From Macrostomum lignano (lineage: Eukaryota): 64,000 bases of DNA. The stretch is from assembly GCA_002269645.1 (NCBI GenBank), contig NIVC01000157.1:310001-374000 (forward strand). Reading direction: 5' to 3'. Both the position numbers and the translations under genes were made by a program. The notes beneath the pieces were generated by a model, which was not told the origin of the DNA, did not search any database, and saw only the letters and a list, made by a program, of their open reading frames with translations. Of this stretch, positions 61,201 to 64,000 are shown one piece after another (within the stretch, counting starts at the first letter, position 1; the number at the start of each line of letters is the position of its first letter).

Positions 61201-61764
61201 AGTCACAAAGTAATGAACGGACTCAAAATCGAGCACTGTGGACGGAGAAGCAATTGCACAAAGTTTTTTCTTCGCTGCCAGTCTCACGGCTTGGACTGGG
61301 CGTGGAGGTTCTGCTTACCATGGACTGCAGTGCCCGAGTTCCCTTTCCTGCCTGAGTTCACGAGTTCCCTGCTCACCGCCAGGATAGAGCACCCTCGCTC
61401 GTCTCACCTGTACCTGAACTTCCGCTGCCTGAGCTGGAGTCTGCAAGCTGAGCTGCTGGACAGGGGGTTGACTGACACTGCCTCGTGGATGCCAGAGCTG
61501 CAGGACGACCCGGACTTGGAGGAGCTGCTCACTCTGGCTCACTACAGCGACAGTAGAGAGCAGGTGGAGTTCAGTCTACGCCAAATGGAAATGGTCCGAG
61601 ACGAAAGACGCGTTGCCATGGAGAAGCAGGACTATGAGAAGATTGAAACGGTCAAAAATAAGTTAAAAAGCTTGACTGGCGACGAGAAGAATTCACCTGC
61701 TTGGAGCGCGACAAGCCAGAACAGCTCACAAGCTAGACCTGTGCGCTGTTGCTTTTGCTGTTGA
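58204..61764 (+). CDS. Ankyrin-repeat + Mab-21/cGAS-like nucleotidyltransferase (cGLR-like), ~849 aa, exons 58204-58913, 59053-59396, 60269-61764
   Basis: ANK repeats: ETALMLAAGAGHHELVTALL, GWTALSRACRAGQLRVIRLLL. NTase motif TGSYADG..DSDIDW with candidate third Asp in QDTCYAFDC. Mab-21 C-lobe: LRVSFSFEEKKIL..LLKF..LKTYNAKTIMFF..W..MPHFFMPDAPLY. Phase-2 junction (58914/59052) and phase-1 junction (59397/60268) both join in frame. AATAAA at ~61767. Confidence 0.85.
59891..60127. mobile_element. hAT-type MITE in intron 2 of the ANK-Mab21 gene
   Basis: Ends CAGTGGCGGATCT / ATACACCCCTG; flanks GCCATAAG and GCCATAAT (7/8 TSD match). Confidence 0.75.
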
Positions 61765-61796
61765 TAAATAAAACTCCGGATTTTTACTGAAGGTGA

Positions 61797-62480
61797 AGAA
61801 TGAAGAGTAACTGCAATTAATTATCTGTTTGTATTGCGTTTGTAAAATCCAATTATTGCAGGGAAAGAATGAAGAGTAACTGCAATTAATTATCTGTTTG
61901 TATAGCGTTTGTAAAATCCAATTATTGCAGGGAAAGAATGAAGAGTAACTGCAATTAATTATCTGTTTGTATTGCGTTTGTAAAATCCAATTATTGCAGG
62001 GAAAGAATGAAGAGTAACTGCAATTAATTATCTGTTTGTATAGCGTTTGTAAAATCCAATTATTGCAGGGAAAGAATGAAGAGTAACAGCAATTAATTAT
62101 CTGTTTGTATTGCGTTTGTAAAATCCAATTATTGCAGGGAAAGAATGAAGAGTAACTGCAATTAATTATCTGTTTGTATTGCGTTTGTAAAATCCAATTA
62201 TTGCAGGGAAAGAATGAAGAGTAACTGCAATTAATTATCTGTTTGTATAGCGTTTGTAAAATCCAATTATTGCAGGGAAAGAATGAAGAGTAACTGCAAT
62301 TAATTATCTGTTTGTATTGCGTTTGTAAAATCCAATTATTGCAGGGAAAGAATGAAGAGTAACTGCAATTAATTATCTGTTTGTATAGCGTTTGTAAAAT
62401 CCAATTATTGCAGGGAAAGAATGAAGAGTAACTGCAATTAATTATCTGTTTGTATAGCGTTTGTAAAATCCAATTATTGC
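61797..62480. repeat. 69-bp tandem array, 10 near-identical copies
   Basis: Units start at 61801, 61870, ... 62422; one main variable site (tattgcg/tatagcg). Confidence 0.97.
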
Positions 62481-62736
62481 ATAATCAAACGTCACATTGT
62501 GTAGAGTAAGAGAGCCTCGTATAGCTATTTAAATTTTATGCCTAGCTATTGAAATTTATACTCGTATTTTTAAATAAAACATGATTATTTTGGAATAAAA
62601 TATTTTTTCAAACTAATAACTAATAACTAATAACCAACTAATTGGCTTGTGCTTTTTAAGTAGTTAAATTTTGAGTCCCAAAATCAATAGGAATAGCCTC
62701 GCTAGCCTCGCTAGTTTGGTAGCCGCATTTGGCGAA

Positions 62737-64000
62737 TCATTTGCCTTGACAACTGGCTAGAAAATGCTCAAGCGAGTCGTCTATCGCTTTCATAAAAGGC
62801 TGGCCCGGTGGCGGGGCCTGCTGCCCTGAGAACTTGCTGCCAAACTGCCGGTCCTTGTAGGTGGTGATGTCCTCGGCTCGGTGGTCCTCCCACTCGTAAA
62901 ATATCTTTGATACGTCCAGGTCGTAGCCGTAGTTGGACTGGTTCGCTAGGTCAACAACGAAGTCGGTTTGGAAGGCGATGTTCTCTTGGTCTGTCTTCGA
63001 CAGTGCCGCTCTGAAGTGTGCGAATGAGACTTATCAAGCCATGCACAAGTACGCACCAAAGTACGCACAAGTATGCACAAATAAGCAACATATATTCGCT
63101 CTCGTATAGGACCCGACATGCACTTTTCATGTGAAAAAGTTTTGAAGGCCACTTTAGATAAATATTTTGCTGGATGCTGCCGCTTTGGAATTAACATTTA
63201 TTTATATTTTTTACAGATTTTACACGGCTAATCCAACCCTTCCAAGAGTTACAAATGCAGTTTATGGCAGGTAAATTATTTTAGAAAGGAAGGCATACCT
63301 TGTTGAAAAAAATGGGTTGCCTTTAAGAAAAGTGAAATTAAAAAAATTAAGTTAAACAAAAGCCGCGAATGCTATTGATCTTATAGGGGAATAAATTTCA
63401 AAGATTCTAGCGAAAAAAATAGATTTCCACGTGCATCCATTCAAAAGTGACATTGTGTGGAAAATTGGCCTTCAAAACATTTTCCATCGATTTCGAGTTT
63501 TGCGTCCTTCTACTTTAGTAGTCCTTGATGCACAAGTTCGCAGGCACACACTCATACAGAGTGCACAGTGGCTCTTTTTAACTTTCTCAAAACCCAGGCT
63601 TGGAAGCGATCACGCATCCACTCACCGATTAACCCAGGCCTTCGCATCCGCTGCCATCTCGGCAGAACTTGGCAGCTGGATGGCGCCAGTCAGGTAACGA
63701 ACTGTCCACAGAGCCTGCGCATCGAACATTGTGTAGGTGTAGTACTGGTCCTGAGCACCCAAATACAGCAGACGGTTGTTGCCGCCGGCAAGCCACACGG
63801 TGCCTTTGTACAGCCCGGCAGGGTACAGAAGGTTCGGACCGCGAAGTCGCAGTTGCTCGGCCAGGTAGGGGTAGTGGTGCAGATAGCCCGTGGCCAGAAT
63901 GATGTAGTCGATCTGAGTTTTGGAAAATATTTTTGTCTATTAAAACTGAGATGCAGGTCACTTCATGCGGGGCGATAACAGGACTGTCTGCTAGCTCACT
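62737..64000 (-). CDS. Bacterial-type (Tmm/mFMO-like) flavin-containing monooxygenase, 3' part: exons 63912-63626 and 63010-62737; upstream exon begins at the window edge
   Basis: Not in the ORF track frame. IDYIILATGYLHHYPYL..LRLRGPNLLYPAGLYKGTVW..LLYLGAQDQYYTYTMFDAQALW..LPSSAEMAADAKAW | ..AFQTDFVVDL..FYEWEDHRAEDITTYKDRQF..KAIDDSLEHFL parallels the C-terminal half of marine bacterial trimethylamine monooxygenase. GTGAG donors at 63999 and 63625; phase-2 junction 63625/63011. Confidence 0.88.

Overview
This is eukaryotic (metazoan) genomic DNA with GT-AG introns, GC-rich exons, AT-rich spacers and a very high load of 15-69 bp minisatellites. That style resembles the flatworm Macrostomum lignano (inference, not verified). 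Splice-phase-consistent gene models built by hand: ASF1 (+), an unrecognised ~4-TM membrane protein (-), ALKBH7 (+), PIGQ/GPI1 (+), TPRG1L-like (-), BOLA1 (-, first exon not found), an intact 3-exon BEN-domain-like gene inside a decayed EnSpm/CMC-like transposon (+), ACBD3 (+), an ankyrin-repeat + Mab-21/cGAS-like nucleotidyltransferase (+), and the 3' end of a bacterial-type (Tmm-like) flavin monooxygenase with introns (-). Mobile DNA includes a 2A/PHD/APE LINE remnant, a Penelope-like RT with an inverted 5' segment, hAT and Tc1/mariner fragments, several MITEs and two CORE-type SINEs. Highlights: (1) the ANK-cGLR-like putative immune sensor; (2) two duplicated, frame-enforced mutually exclusive exons at the start of the ACBD3 GOLD domain; (3) the bacterial-type FMO; (4) the 2A StopGo motif in the LINE. 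There is no CRISPR array, rRNA or intact tRNA. Most long ORFs in the supplied track are artefacts of tandem repeats. All homology calls come from recalled family motifs, not database searches.
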